Below the pieces are notes generated by a model. The model had not been told where the DNA came from. It was given only the letters and a program-made list of their open reading frames with translations, and made no database searches. Source: Blepharisma stoltei ATCC 30299 (Eukaryota; Protista; Ciliophora). From it: 64,000 nucleotides of DNA. The DNA lies in NCBI GenBank assembly GCA_965603825.1, contig CBFDEM010000053.1, positions 248,001-312,000 of the forward strand, read 5' to 3'. Position numbers and translations under genes: made by a program. Shown here piece after piece: positions 1-10,188 of the stretch; position 1 is the first letter of the stretch, and the number at the start of each line of letters is the position of its first letter.

Positions 1-69
1 GTTTCCAGAATTAGATGCAATTTTTAGTTGTTTCCATATTTCATCTTTTTTAAACCAATATTTTGTTTT

Positions 70-470
70 AATATCTTTGCTTTAGCATATATAAAAATTG
101 CCTTTGAGTAGCGCGCTAAGCGCCCGAGACTTCCCGACGAAGTCTCAGGCGCCTAGCGCGCTACTCAAAGGCAATTTCTATAGCATTGGACAGTTGTAAA
201 ATTATGTCAGCTATTTTTTTAAGGTTTGATCAGAGATTTGAAGCTACTTTGATTAATTGGAAAATCCCATTTTTTCATCTGTTATTTGTTGAAAACTAAA
301 GATAACTTAGGAAGCCATTAGTTCAGGATAATAAAGTAAAAGCATTATTTCAATTCCTAAATCTTGAGAATCCTTGCTAAAGTTTTTTATTATATTTTTT
401 TATGTATTTTCTTCTCAATACATTACAAAAAAACTTCTTTAACTCTTTTAATCTTCCAGGGAATTGCCAG
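70..470 (-). pseudogene. Degraded paralog of the NDK-like gene at 2135-2881
   Basis: About 230-460 aligns by eye to about 2460-2690. Minus-strand translation KNIIKNFSKDSQDLGIEIMLLLYYPELMAS vs KNMIKNFCKNPQDLGTEIMYFLYWPELVAT. Has TAA/TAG stops and frameshifts. Boundaries approximate. Confidence 0.75.
90..182. mobile_element. Palindromic insertion (IES-/MITE-like hairpin): 44-bp arms, 5-nt loop, TA(TA)-bounded
   Basis: 90-133 pairs with 139-182 at 41/44 positions. GC-rich in AT-rich surroundings. Absent from the paralogous segment at about 2401-2463. TAGCAT occurs at 83-88 and 181-186. Confidence 0.65.
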
Positions 471-980
471 GAGTCATTATGGAATCTGAATTTATATAGG
501 TTTTATCTCTGCGACTTGGTCTATATAAATTCTTTGCTTTAATTAAGTTCACAATTTTTAGGGGTATTATTTGAGTTTCCATTCTTCTTTTAGTGAATTT
601 ATTAGTAAGGACGATTCCTTGTTTCCTGGGGATCCTTGGGAGGAGAATGAGAATGCGAGCTCCATTGAGAAAACTTAACGAAAAATTAATTTAATTAATG
701 GTGAAATCTATGATCATTTTTAGTTATAACTGATTATTGATTCTTAAGTCCAGTTTTGACCTTTTTAATTTGTTTTTTGATTCTAAAATCAATAATAATT
801 TTACACAATTCTGACCTATTATTTTTTATCAAAGTCAATAGACTTTAATAAGGATGTAATTAAGGTGGTCCAAGAAGTTGATTCACATATAAGAAACTTC
901 CTTATTTCATCAACTTTGAGCCAATACTTTGCATTAAAAATGTCGCTTTTGGGATACAGCTTGGACAATTTTATAAAATA

Positions 981-2096
981 ATGGCGTCTGGCAGAATTTT
1001 CAATTTCTCAGCTGGTCCTTCTATGCTCCCAGTAGAAATCCTAGAGCAAGCTCAAGCCGATGTTATAAACTGGCATGGGACTGGAATGAGTGTCATGGAA
1101 ATGTCTCACAGATCAAAACCTTTTGAATCCATCCACAAGAAATGCATTCAAGATCTTAGAGACCTTCTCAACATCCCTCCAAACTTCAAGGTCCTCTTAA
1201 TGCAAGGAGGCGGATCAACCCAATTTGCTTGCGTCCCACTAAACCTTCTCAAAGATAAAGAGACTGCAAACTACCTCACTACTGGAGCTTGGTCCACAAA
1301 GGCCATTGAAGAAGCAAGAAAATATTGCAGAGCTCACGAAGTCGCAACTTCCAAGTCTACCAATTTCACAACCATCCCAGACCCTAGCACTTGGAACGTA
1401 GATCCAAACGGAGCTTACTTCCATTACTGTGCAAATGAGACAATTCACGGTGTCGAGTTTACTTTGACTCAAGAAATGCTGGACAGAATTGGCGAGGTTC
1501 CAATTGTAGCTGATATGTCTTCAAACTTTTTAAGTAAGCCAATTGACTTTTCTAAGCACGCTGTAGTATATGCAGGCGCCCAAAAGAATGCTGGCCCTGC
1601 AGGCGTCACTTTTGTGATTGCTCGTGAAGATATGTTAGGACATGCCAAGAATATCACCCCAACTATGTTGGACTGGAAAACCCAAGCTGATAACGATTCC
1701 ATGTACAATACCCCACCATGCTATGCAATTTATATCTGTGGACTTTACTTTGATTACATGAAGAGACATGGAGGAATTGAAGCAGTTCAAGAACTTGATA
1801 GACAAAAAGCAGCAATTCTTTATGATTTGTTTGATAGCTCCAATGGATTCTATACAAATCCAGTCAATCCTCAGTATAGGTCAAAGATGAACGTACCTTT
1901 CTTAATCAAAGGAGGAAATGTGGATTTGGAAAAGAAGTTTTTGGCAGAAGCTGAAGCTGTTGGGCTATCAACATTGGCTGGTCATCGCTCAGTAGGAGGG
2001 CTAAGAGCTTCAATATATAATGGAATGCCATTAGAAGGTGTCAGAAGACTTGCAGACTTCATGACTGAATTTAAAACTAAGCATGAGGCAGAATAA
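981..2096 (+). CDS. serC: Phosphoserine aminotransferase, copy 1
   Basis: NFSAGP, MSHRS, DMSS, GAQKN (PLP Lys) and GHRSVGGLRASIYN motifs; 371 aa. Confidence 0.97.
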   Translation: MASGRIFNFSAGPSMLPVEILEQAQADVINWHGTGMSVMEMSHRSKPFESIHKKCIQDLRDLLNIPPNFKVLLMQGGGSTQFACVPLNLLKDKETANYLTTGAWSTKAIEEARKYCRAHEVATSKSTNFTTIPDPSTWNVDPNGAYFHYCANETIHGVEFTLTQEMLDRIGEVPIVADMSSNFLSKPIDFSKHAVVYAGAQKNAGPAGVTFVIAREDMLGHAKNITPTMLDWKTQADNDSMYNTPPCYAIYICGLYFDYMKRHGGIEAVQELDRQKAAILYDLFDSSNGFYTNPVNPQYRSKMNVPFLIKGGNVDLEKKFLAEAEAVGLSTLAGHRSVGGLRASIYNGMPLEGVRRLADFMTEFKTKHEAE

Positions 2097-2134
2097 TTAA
2101 ATAGAGTTACATAAGAAATTGATAATTAAATTTG

Positions 2135-2881
2135 TTAGGCTCTTGCAATTTTCTCAAAGGAATTCGTTCTAGGCTTTTTGAGAAGTTTCGGAAGAATTTG
2201 AATGCATCGAGAATTGTTCCTTTTTTGCTGCAGAGCGTTTTTTGTGAATCTGGAGTGTTTGGGGGAGAGAATGCGTGGAATTGATGTGAAGTTAGCATAG
2301 ATATGATGAAGAACTTTGAGAGATGATTTTAAGGGGATATTTTTTGAATTTTTTGGAGCCTGGAATTTTTTATTCAATTGTCCTAAAGGCATAGGATGTT
2401 TCTTTGCAAAGCTATCAATATTTGGTGTTTTAGGCGGAAAAGTGGCATTTATGTTTTCATTTGAGATTTGAAGTTCTTTTAGTTCAATCTGAGGATCCCA
2501 TTTTTTCATCTCTTCTTTGCTGAAAACTACAGATAATTTGGTAGCTACTAGTTCAGGCCAATAAAGAAAGTACATTATTTCAGTTCCTAAATCTTGAGGA
2601 TTCTTGCAAAAATTTTTAATCATGTTTTTTAGATTTTGTCCTTCCCAACACATTGCAAACGACTTCTCTTCACTTTCTTTTAGCCTTCTGGAAAATAAAC
2701 CTTCCATCATTTTAGCTGTAAGATAAAGTAACTTAGAATCTCTGAGAATCAAGCCTTTGGACTGCAGTTTTCTTATGGTCTCCTCTATTTTGCCTTGCTT
2801 TACAGCTTCTGGAGTTAGCAAAATTAAGACCCTTTCCCAATCTGCTCGGTTGAGTGAATTAGGGGAAACGTCAGGAATCAT
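2135..2881 (-). CDS. Degenerate nucleoside-diphosphate-kinase-like protein with a chimeric C-terminus
   Basis: N-terminus ERVLILLTPEAVKQGKIEETIRKLQSKGL..AMCWEG resembles the NDK fold but no catalytic HGSD is seen. 248-aa open frame. The 3' end derives from RPAP3-like sequence. Confidence 0.55.
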   Translation of the reverse strand: MIPDVSPNSLNRADWERVLILLTPEAVKQGKIEETIRKLQSKGLILRDSKLLYLTAKMMEGLFSRRLKESEEKSFAMCWEGQNLKNMIKNFCKNPQDLGTEIMYFLYWPELVATKLSVVFSKEEMKKWDPQIELKELQISNENINATFPPKTPNIDSFAKKHPMPLGQLNKKFQAPKNSKNIPLKSSLKVLHHIYANFTSIPRILSPKHSRFTKNALQQKRNNSRCIQILPKLLKKPRTNSFEKIARA

Positions 2882-3248
2882 TATGTTATCTGGATTTTAT
2901 ATATATTTACCATTTTATGTATTAGGGATAAATTCAAATTCAATTAACCTCAGTCTTAAAAATAAAAATGAATTTAATTCTGAAGTGGGGCATAAAATGA
3001 TGTATTGCTACCAGTACAACTATTGCATTGATGATAACTACACAGAATACTTCCTATATTTTCTTTCAGCTGCATGCTTAAATCATTTTTTTTTGGAATA
3101 TCATGCTAAGAGTCAAAACAACAGAAAATAATTTTAGAGCTATTATTTAATTTTGAAATTCTTAGATTAAGATTCCCTATTGATTTATATGATTTATACC
3201 TAAAATGTAGCCACATCCGACAAAAGCATATCCTATGGTTATAAAATA

Positions 3249-4364
3249 ATGGCGTCTGGCAGAATTTTCAATTTCTCAGCTGGTCCTTCTATGCTCCCAG
3301 TAGAAATCCTAGAGCAAGCTCAAGCCGATATTATAAACTGGGATGGGACTGGAATGAGTGTCATGGAAATGTCTCACAGATCAAAACCTTTTGAATCCAT
3401 CCACAAGAAATGCATTCAAGATCTTAGAGACCTTCTCAACATCCCTCCAAACTTCAAGGTCCTCTTAATGCAAGGAGGCGGATCAACCCAATTTGCTTGC
3501 GTCCCACTAAACCTTCTCAAAGATAAAGAGACTGCAAACTACCTCACTACTGGAGCTTGGTCCACAAAGGCCATTGAAGAAGCAAGAAAATATTGCAGAG
3601 CTCACGAAGTCGCAACTTCCAAGTCTACCAATTTCACAACCATCCCAGACCCCAGCACTTGGAACGTAGATCCAAACGGAGCTTACTTCCATTACTGTGC
3701 AAATGAGACAATTCACGGTGTCGAGTTTACTTTGACTCAAGAAATGCTGGACAGAATTGGCGAGGTTCCAATTGTAGCTGATATGTCTTCAAACTTTTTA
3801 AGCAAGCCAATTGACTTTTCTAAGCACGCTGTAGTATATGCAGGCGCCCAAAAGAATGCTGGCCCTGCAGGCGTCACTTTTGTGATTGCTCGTGAAGACA
3901 TGCTAGGACATGCCAAGAATATCACCCCAACTATGTTGGACTGGAAAATCCAAGCTGATAATGATTCCATGTACAATACCCCACCTTGCTATGCAATTTA
4001 TATCTGCGGACTTTACTTTGATTACATGAAGAGACATGGAGGAATTGAAGCTGTGCAAGAACTTGATAGACAAAAAGCAGCAATTCTTTATGATTTGTTT
4101 GATAGCTCCAATGGATTCTATACAAATCCAGTCAACCCTCAATATAGATCAAAGATGAACGTACCTTTCTTAATCAAAGGAGGAAATGTGGATTTGGAAA
4201 AGAAGTTTTTGGCAGAAGCTGAAGCTGTTGGGTTGTCAACATTGGCTGGTCATCGCTCAGTAGGAGGGTTAAGAGCTTCAATATATAATGGAATGCCATT
4301 AGAAGGTGTCAGAAGACTTGCAGACTTCATGACTGAATTTAAAACTAAGCACGAGGCAGAATAA
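3249..4364 (+). CDS. serC: Phosphoserine aminotransferase, copy 2
   Basis: Differs from copy 1 at 3 aa and about 19 nt (manual count). Confidence 0.97.
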   Translation: MASGRIFNFSAGPSMLPVEILEQAQADIINWDGTGMSVMEMSHRSKPFESIHKKCIQDLRDLLNIPPNFKVLLMQGGGSTQFACVPLNLLKDKETANYLTTGAWSTKAIEEARKYCRAHEVATSKSTNFTTIPDPSTWNVDPNGAYFHYCANETIHGVEFTLTQEMLDRIGEVPIVADMSSNFLSKPIDFSKHAVVYAGAQKNAGPAGVTFVIAREDMLGHAKNITPTMLDWKIQADNDSMYNTPPCYAIYICGLYFDYMKRHGGIEAVQELDRQKAAILYDLFDSSNGFYTNPVNPQYRSKMNVPFLIKGGNVDLEKKFLAEAEAVGLSTLAGHRSVGGLRASIYNGMPLEGVRRLADFMTEFKTKHEAE

Positions 4365-4394
4365 TTAAATAGAGTTACATAAGAAAATGATAAG

Positions 4395-5699
4395 TTATGT
4401 TTGTTTAGGCTCTAGCAATTTTCTTAAAGGACCCAGTTCAGGGCTTCCTGAAAAGTTTTGGAGGATTTCAGTAATCTTTAATTTTTCTTTTGATGTCAGG
4501 AATTTTAGGACTGATGCGATATTTTTGCATTTAGAAATTGCTTCAAGCAGTTTGGTGCTAAAAGAATCATCAATAAAATAATCATGAATGGTCTGTATAA
4601 TTTGCATAAGAAAATCTGATTCAATTCCTCCCTTCATAAAGAGCTCATTTAAGTTGATGTTTGTTAAGTATTCTTTTAGTTTCTCTTTATTGTTAGAAAG
4701 CATAGCCCAGTTTCTTTGTAGCTCAGAAATAGTTTTCGGCAGTGGAATTGATTGTACAGGAATGCTTTCAGTCGCTTTCTTAGATAAATCTTGGATTTTT
4801 TCTATTGAGGCTTTTTCTTCTTCAATTTCAACGATTTTTTTTTGGGCTGGCTCTGTTAAATTTACATCTTTAACAGGAACTGAAGCTAGATCAAATTTAG
4901 CAAGCCGTGTTTTATTGGTCATTTCATTGATTATTTCTTCTATCTTCTTTTTGCGCCTTTTTTCTACCTTTAATAGCTCTTGGGCTATTATTGCATTTTT
5001 TGGTTCTATAGCACTAGCAGCATTCAGATCTTCAGTTGCTAGTTTGAATTTTCCAAGCATTTTCCTTGCTTTGCTTCTTCTCACTAATGATTTAGTATGT
5101 GATGTATTAACACTCAGAGCCTTATCAGCGTAATTTTCGCATTCATTGTATTTGTTCAGTCTTAAAAAGCATTCTGAGCAATTGGAAAACAAAATTACTT
5201 GCATTTCGTCGTTAGGACTCATGTCTAAACACTTTTGGTAGAGCTCGAGAGCTTTTGTGTAATCTTTTGTAGTGAAAGCAAGCGTAGCTTGATCTTTTGT
5301 TCGGTCTAAATCGCTGTTATTAGATCTTCCTCCTTTAATTACAACTTTAGACCTTGGCAAAGCTACTTTGGCTGGTGCAGATGGAAGAGTCGGTTGAAGC
5401 TCATCCAATTGTTTTAATTCTTCATCAGCATCAAATTTATCCCAGGCTTTGTAATATTCAAACATGTTAGTCTCATCTCTTTTATATTTGGAGGCTTCCT
5501 TTTTTGTTTTGGATTCTTCTTCTTGCTGCAATGAACTTCTTAATGGTTTATCGATTCTTGGTTCTGCTTTCTTTTCAGAGAGTGAGTTATCAAGCGCGTT
5601 TATTTCATTTTCCCATCTTTCTAGATCACTAATATAATCTTTGATTGATTGCGCATTGTTTCGAATTTGGTTTTGTATTCCTATAGCTTTATCTGCCAT
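4395..5699 (-). CDS. RPAP3: RPAP3/SPAG1-like TPR co-chaperone
   Basis: N-terminal 'IQNQIRNNAQSIKDYISDLERWE', YKAWDKFD motif, 3 TPRs, RPAP3_C-like tail. Confidence 0.8.
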   Translation of the reverse strand: MADKAIGIQNQIRNNAQSIKDYISDLERWENEINALDNSLSEKKAEPRIDKPLRSSLQQEEESKTKKEASKYKRDETNMFEYYKAWDKFDADEELKQLDELQPTLPSAPAKVALPRSKVVIKGGRSNNSDLDRTKDQATLAFTTKDYTKALELYQKCLDMSPNDEMQVILFSNCSECFLRLNKYNECENYADKALSVNTSHTKSLVRRSKARKMLGKFKLATEDLNAASAIEPKNAIIAQELLKVEKRRKKKIEEIINEMTNKTRLAKFDLASVPVKDVNLTEPAQKKIVEIEEEKASIEKIQDLSKKATESIPVQSIPLPKTISELQRNWAMLSNNKEKLKEYLTNINLNELFMKGGIESDFLMQIIQTIHDYFIDDSFSTKLLEAISKCKNIASVLKFLTSKEKLKITEILQNFSGSPELGPLRKLLEPKQT

Positions 5700-6054
5700 A
5701 GCCCACTTTTATTATATTTTTACGGTATTTTATTATCCTACAGTAAAGATTTTGAGGTATTTTCATTTCATCTTTTGTCAAATATAATTCGATTATAGAT
5801 GCAATTTCAATATCTTGAGTTTAGATAAGAAAATTTGATTAAAAAAGCAATTTAAGAAAAAAATTAAAACTGAGGAAAGTCTATAAAAACAATACTTATG
5901 CAAGATTACTGCTGAATAATTCTTATTGATTTAGAACAAATTTAAAATTTCAGCTGAAGAATAAATATATATTAATTAATGCCAAATTTCTTGAAATTAT
6001 TCACCTGAAAAGGGATGGATAATTCTTTTACTTCCAAAATATTCTAAATAAAAT

Positions 6055-6903
6055 ATGACTATTGAGCTAATCGTATCAGCAAAAGGCAAAAACGAAATTT
6101 TGTTAGAAAGAGCTCCTTCAACGTTAGAAGAGCTCAGAGAGAAATGCAGCTCCGTCTACAAAATCCGCGGAGAATCAATATCGTTCCAATATAAAATCCT
6201 AAAAGAGCGATATCCGATTCTCAACAATAAAACATACACAACTCTAATAAGTTCAAATCTTGGTACAGTAATAATTCGCGCTGCAATTTCTCGCGACTCA
6301 AAATCTACATGATCAACACTCGACTCAACCATAAGGGACAAACTATCTTCGGCTTCCTATTCAACAAACCCAACAAATAATCCAACAACTCCTCACAGCG
6401 ATTTTTCTGCGAAATTTTCAGAAGATTACTTATCTATGATCCAGCTGGGAGAAAGCACAATTATCCAAAAAAGTTCAAACGACTTAAAAACTCGCCACCA
6501 TACTTTTGAAAATGGTGAAATTTATATTGGAGAGTTTGGAACGCATTTTATGAGAAATGGGCAAGGCAGCCATAAATGGACAAATGGAGATTTTTATGAA
6601 GGGAATTGGAAAAATGATCGAAGGTCAGGGTATGGAAGGATGCTTTATATTGATAGTGGAGTTTATGAAGGCTATTGGAAACATGATAAAAAGCATGGGA
6701 AAGGAAAATTGACGACAAAAAATGGAAGCGTTCTTGAAGGAGTTTGGGTGTCTGATAAACTCCATGGGAAAGCAATAATAAATTGTCCATCAGGAGATCT
6801 ATTTGAAGGGTTCTTTATAAATGGGAAGCCTGATGGATACGGAAAACTTATAACACAAAATGGCTTGTCATACTTGCCATATAACGATTCGGTTTTAATT
6901 TAA
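6055..6903 (+). CDS. MORN-repeat protein with a possible N-terminal PB1-like domain (UGA=Trp at 6310)
   Basis: ORFs 6055 and 6436 are in frame and joined through one TGA. YEGxW..GxG MORN repeats. Confidence 0.8.
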
Positions 6904-6962
6904 TTTGATTGGATATTATCCGATAACTGAGAGCAAATTCTGGGGTGTTACCCCTTAATTTA

Positions 6963-9387
6963 CTAGTTGTTAACAAAATCTGAGCAAACGCATCTAAGAA
7001 TGCCAGCCTGATCGCAGTCTCTATCGTCCGAATACTTCATCAAACTTCTTCCAAATAAGTATCTTCCTCTTCCAGGTGCCTTTAAAGTGTTCCACGATGC
7101 GTTTTCAAGGTCTATATTATGCTGGAAGTATCCTTCATTTCCATTAAACTTAGTAAATCCCAATAATTGCTGCTTTGATAAGTCTTGATATGCATCTTCA
7201 AACCAATATCTCGCATCAATATCAATCATGGCATATTCAAGTGTCCTATAAGTCTCATAATCTTCATGTTCCTCTAAAACCTGGTCATATGGTATATTTG
7301 TTAAATTTATATACTCTTTTGGGGTATGCTTTAAGTAAGCAAAGCATGTATCAATTCTTCTATAAATCATAGTAACAATATAAGGACTTAAGTTCTTTTT
7401 CCATAATTTTCCTTTGAATTGGTAAGCAACTTCCATGAAATAAAGATTTTTCTTGCAGTCTCACACATCAGTGAAATCGTTCATTTCATGCAAAAAATTG
7501 GATTTTATTTCTCCTCCAAACTCAGGAAGTGTAGCGAGATGGCGGAAAGTTCAGTGAGTGTCATAGTGCCCGACTAGTTTTTGTTCGTTTGCAAGCAGGC
7601 TTTTTCTAAATTCTGGATATTTGTTGAGAAACCAAGTTGGGTAGATAAAAAATAGGACTGGGAGTTTTTGTTCAAAAGCTCCCATTTCAGTGGCCATGAA
7701 GTAAGGCCCCATGTGAGATCCATGATCTGAGGTGATGACTAAAATTGTGTTGTCGAGTTTTCCTGACCTCTTCATGTCAAGTATAAAATCTGACAAATCT
7801 GGATCTACAGTTAAAATCACTTCACCTGTACCTTCATGACCTTCTTGCAGCGGAATGTGGATTATTTTTCCATAGTTTTTATAATTCATCCAAAACTCAT
7901 CAACATACTCAAAAATGTGCTTGTGGACGTATTTACCATTGATACATCTTCTTAGGATTGAAAATGGTCCTCCAAAATTACCAAATGTCTTTTCCATAGG
8001 ATGGTATTCGAAATGGCAAAAAGGAAAAGATACCGCATGATCCATCCCACTAAAGGTTTTCTTTAAAAATACAGACATTCAGTCTTCACAAAATCCATTA
8101 ATATACAATGCTACGTTGCCTTGGCCTCTCATAAAATCCCAATATGGCCTTCCACTTCTGTTTTGTCTTAATTGTGATCCAGTGTACATAGCACGAGTAT
8201 TATATTCTGTATTAAAACCATTTGAAATGATCCTAAAAAATTGAAAGACCTCGTTTTCTCCAGTTTTATTCAAAGTCTCCAAAACATTTACTAAATTATT
8301 CATTTTCCTGAAAACTTGTGAACGAGATACAGTGTCCATCATAATGACTACCAAATTCATTGGCGGGACAGTTCTTTGTTTGTTTTCTTTGTCTAGCCTT
8401 TCAATAACTTCTTTTTTGGGAACATTTTGGATATAGAAGTCTTCTCGATCGCCACAAAAGACTTGGAATCATTCTGCCTTTATTCTCAAATTTTGTGATC
8501 TATGTTTGAATTACTTTCCAGGAACTTTGTAGCGTTTTTCCATAGCTTTGGTTCTATTATTCCAGCGCTCCATGCCAGTTTCTGTCAATACGAACATGTC
8601 TTGCCTCATAGATACGAAATCAGGCCTCTCAACGATAAGGGCTTCTGAGTCACAGTTAATTGAAAGAACCCCATTTTCTAAGCTTGAAAAGTGATCAACT
8701 TTTGGGCATTGGCTACTTCCAGCTAAATAGACTTTTACTAAAAAAATTAAGGGTTCGATGAGGAAGAATTCCAGGCCAAGGATAACCTGGAGGCTCTAAG
8801 TTGCAGTAGTCTTGCTCGACAATCAAAGATTTCCCTCCAAGCCCATAATACCAATTATATAAGGCCAGCTCAAGGCTAATGTATACGTAAGTAATAATAA
8901 TTATAAAAGTAGCTCCTAAACTTATTCAAAACCTTCATAAGCCTTACTTTTTATCATTATTGATGAATTTTTTGATTTGTTTGCAAGTCTTATATATGAT
9001 TAGCCCCAATATGATTGGAATCCATATAAGAAAACAGGCAAGTAAATTGTATTGTCCATGATGCTGCAGATCAGTTCCTAAATCATAAGTGAGTGTATAA
9101 AAAAGCTGAATTCCAATTAAGATATAGTTTACATATGTAATTGGGTCAGATAGTTGGCTATATATAAGTGAAATGGAGATAATTGTAAGTGCAATACTGG
9201 TAATCATCCAGCAAGCAAAGTATCCAGCATTATCTTTGAGGTATTCTACTTCTCCTCCTTCAAGTGTTACGAAGTAGCAATAACTTGAAATTATCTGAAG
9301 AAGTTGGCAAACAAAAGAATAGGTCAAAGTCTTTACTGGAAATGGTCTTAAAAATCTTATTAAGCTTAAAGACTTCTTTTTCCCCAT
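6963..9387 (-). CDS. Multi-TM DUF229/sulfatase-like (alkaline-phosphatase superfamily) membrane protein; 3 tiny introns, several UGA-Trp
   Basis: Continuous frame after removing introns 8933-8947, 8723-8738 and 8500-8514. MMDTVSR, EGHE and TSDHG metal-site-like motifs. N-terminal hydrophobic helices. Confidence 0.8.
8500..8514 (-). other. 15-nt spliceosomal intron gtaattcaaacatag
   Basis: GT..AG, A at -6; removal eliminates an in-frame TAA. Confidence 0.85.
8723..8738 (-). other. 16-nt intron gtaaaagtctatttag
   Basis: GT..AG, A at -6; removal restores the frame. Confidence 0.85.
8933..8947 (-). other. 15-nt intron gtaaggcttatgaag
   Basis: GT..AG, A at -6; removal eliminates an in-frame TAA. 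Confidence 0.85.
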
Positions 9388-9753
9388 ATTAACTATTAAT
9401 CACTCATATTTTTAACTTAGTGCTGCTTCATCCTATTTAATGACAGATCATCTATACTTGTATCTACTAATAAATTCAAAAGAGTTCTTTTAAATAATAA
9501 TTCATAATAATGCTGCTTAAAAATACTATAATTCTAAGTCATAGCATAATGAGAGGAATTCATTAAATTATTTAATTTCATTGCAGATTTTCTTTAATTC
9601 CTGACCAAATTTAATTTATCTCTTAAATAGCTAATAAAAAGCCTGCTTATTCTCTCTTTTTCTATATGCGCCCTTTTTAAAATATTTTAAAATTAAAATA
9701 AGACGAGATTTCGATAAACGATTATTTAGAACTGATGTCTTGGTACCCAATGT

Positions 9754-10188
9754 TTATAAATTAAATCTGATTTGCCCGAGGAAGAACAAATAAAGTTGAT
9801 AGCAGGACCAAGCCCAGAATAGCATTGCCCTGTTATGGTATTCAGCAGTCACAGGGATTGGCTGAAACTCATATATACTTGGGGGGTACCAAACATCACT
9901 TTGACGACAAGGTTTCTTTTTAGGAAACATCATTTTAAACGCTTTCCACTCCATAACGTGAGCTCTTGAAACATGTCTGTTTAGCCCTTTTTTATACTTG
10001 TAGGAGGATCCACACTTCCAGCAGCTGAACTTCTTTTCAGTAGAGTGAACTGCACTATGCCTCTCCAGATATTGCTTTTTCTTGAACTTGAAAGAACACT
10101 CACTGCATGCATAAGGACGCTCTTCGCCAAACTTTAACTTATTTTTCATATTATAAACAAGCTCGTTTATATGCGAAAATATGGACAT
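9754..10188 (-). CDS. C2H2 zinc-finger protein (2 fingers)
   Basis: YACSEC..HSAVH and FSCWKC..HVSRAH. Confidence 0.85.
   Translation of the reverse strand: MSIFSHINELVYNMKNKLKFGEERPYACSECSFKFKKKQYLERHSAVHSTEKKFSCWKCGSSYKYKKGLNRHVSRAHVMEWKAFKMMFPKKKPCRQSDVWYPPSIYEFQPIPVTAEYHNRAMLFWAWSCYQLYLFFLGQIRFNL

Noticed and set aside
90-182. Palindrome as tRNA, CRISPR repeat or rho-independent terminator
   Set aside because: A single long stem with no cloverleaf and no repeat-spacer array, in a eukaryotic context.
981-2096. Bacterial contamination or operon suggested by intronless serC
   Set aside because: Contiguous with eukaryotic genes that share the tiny introns and the UGA code.
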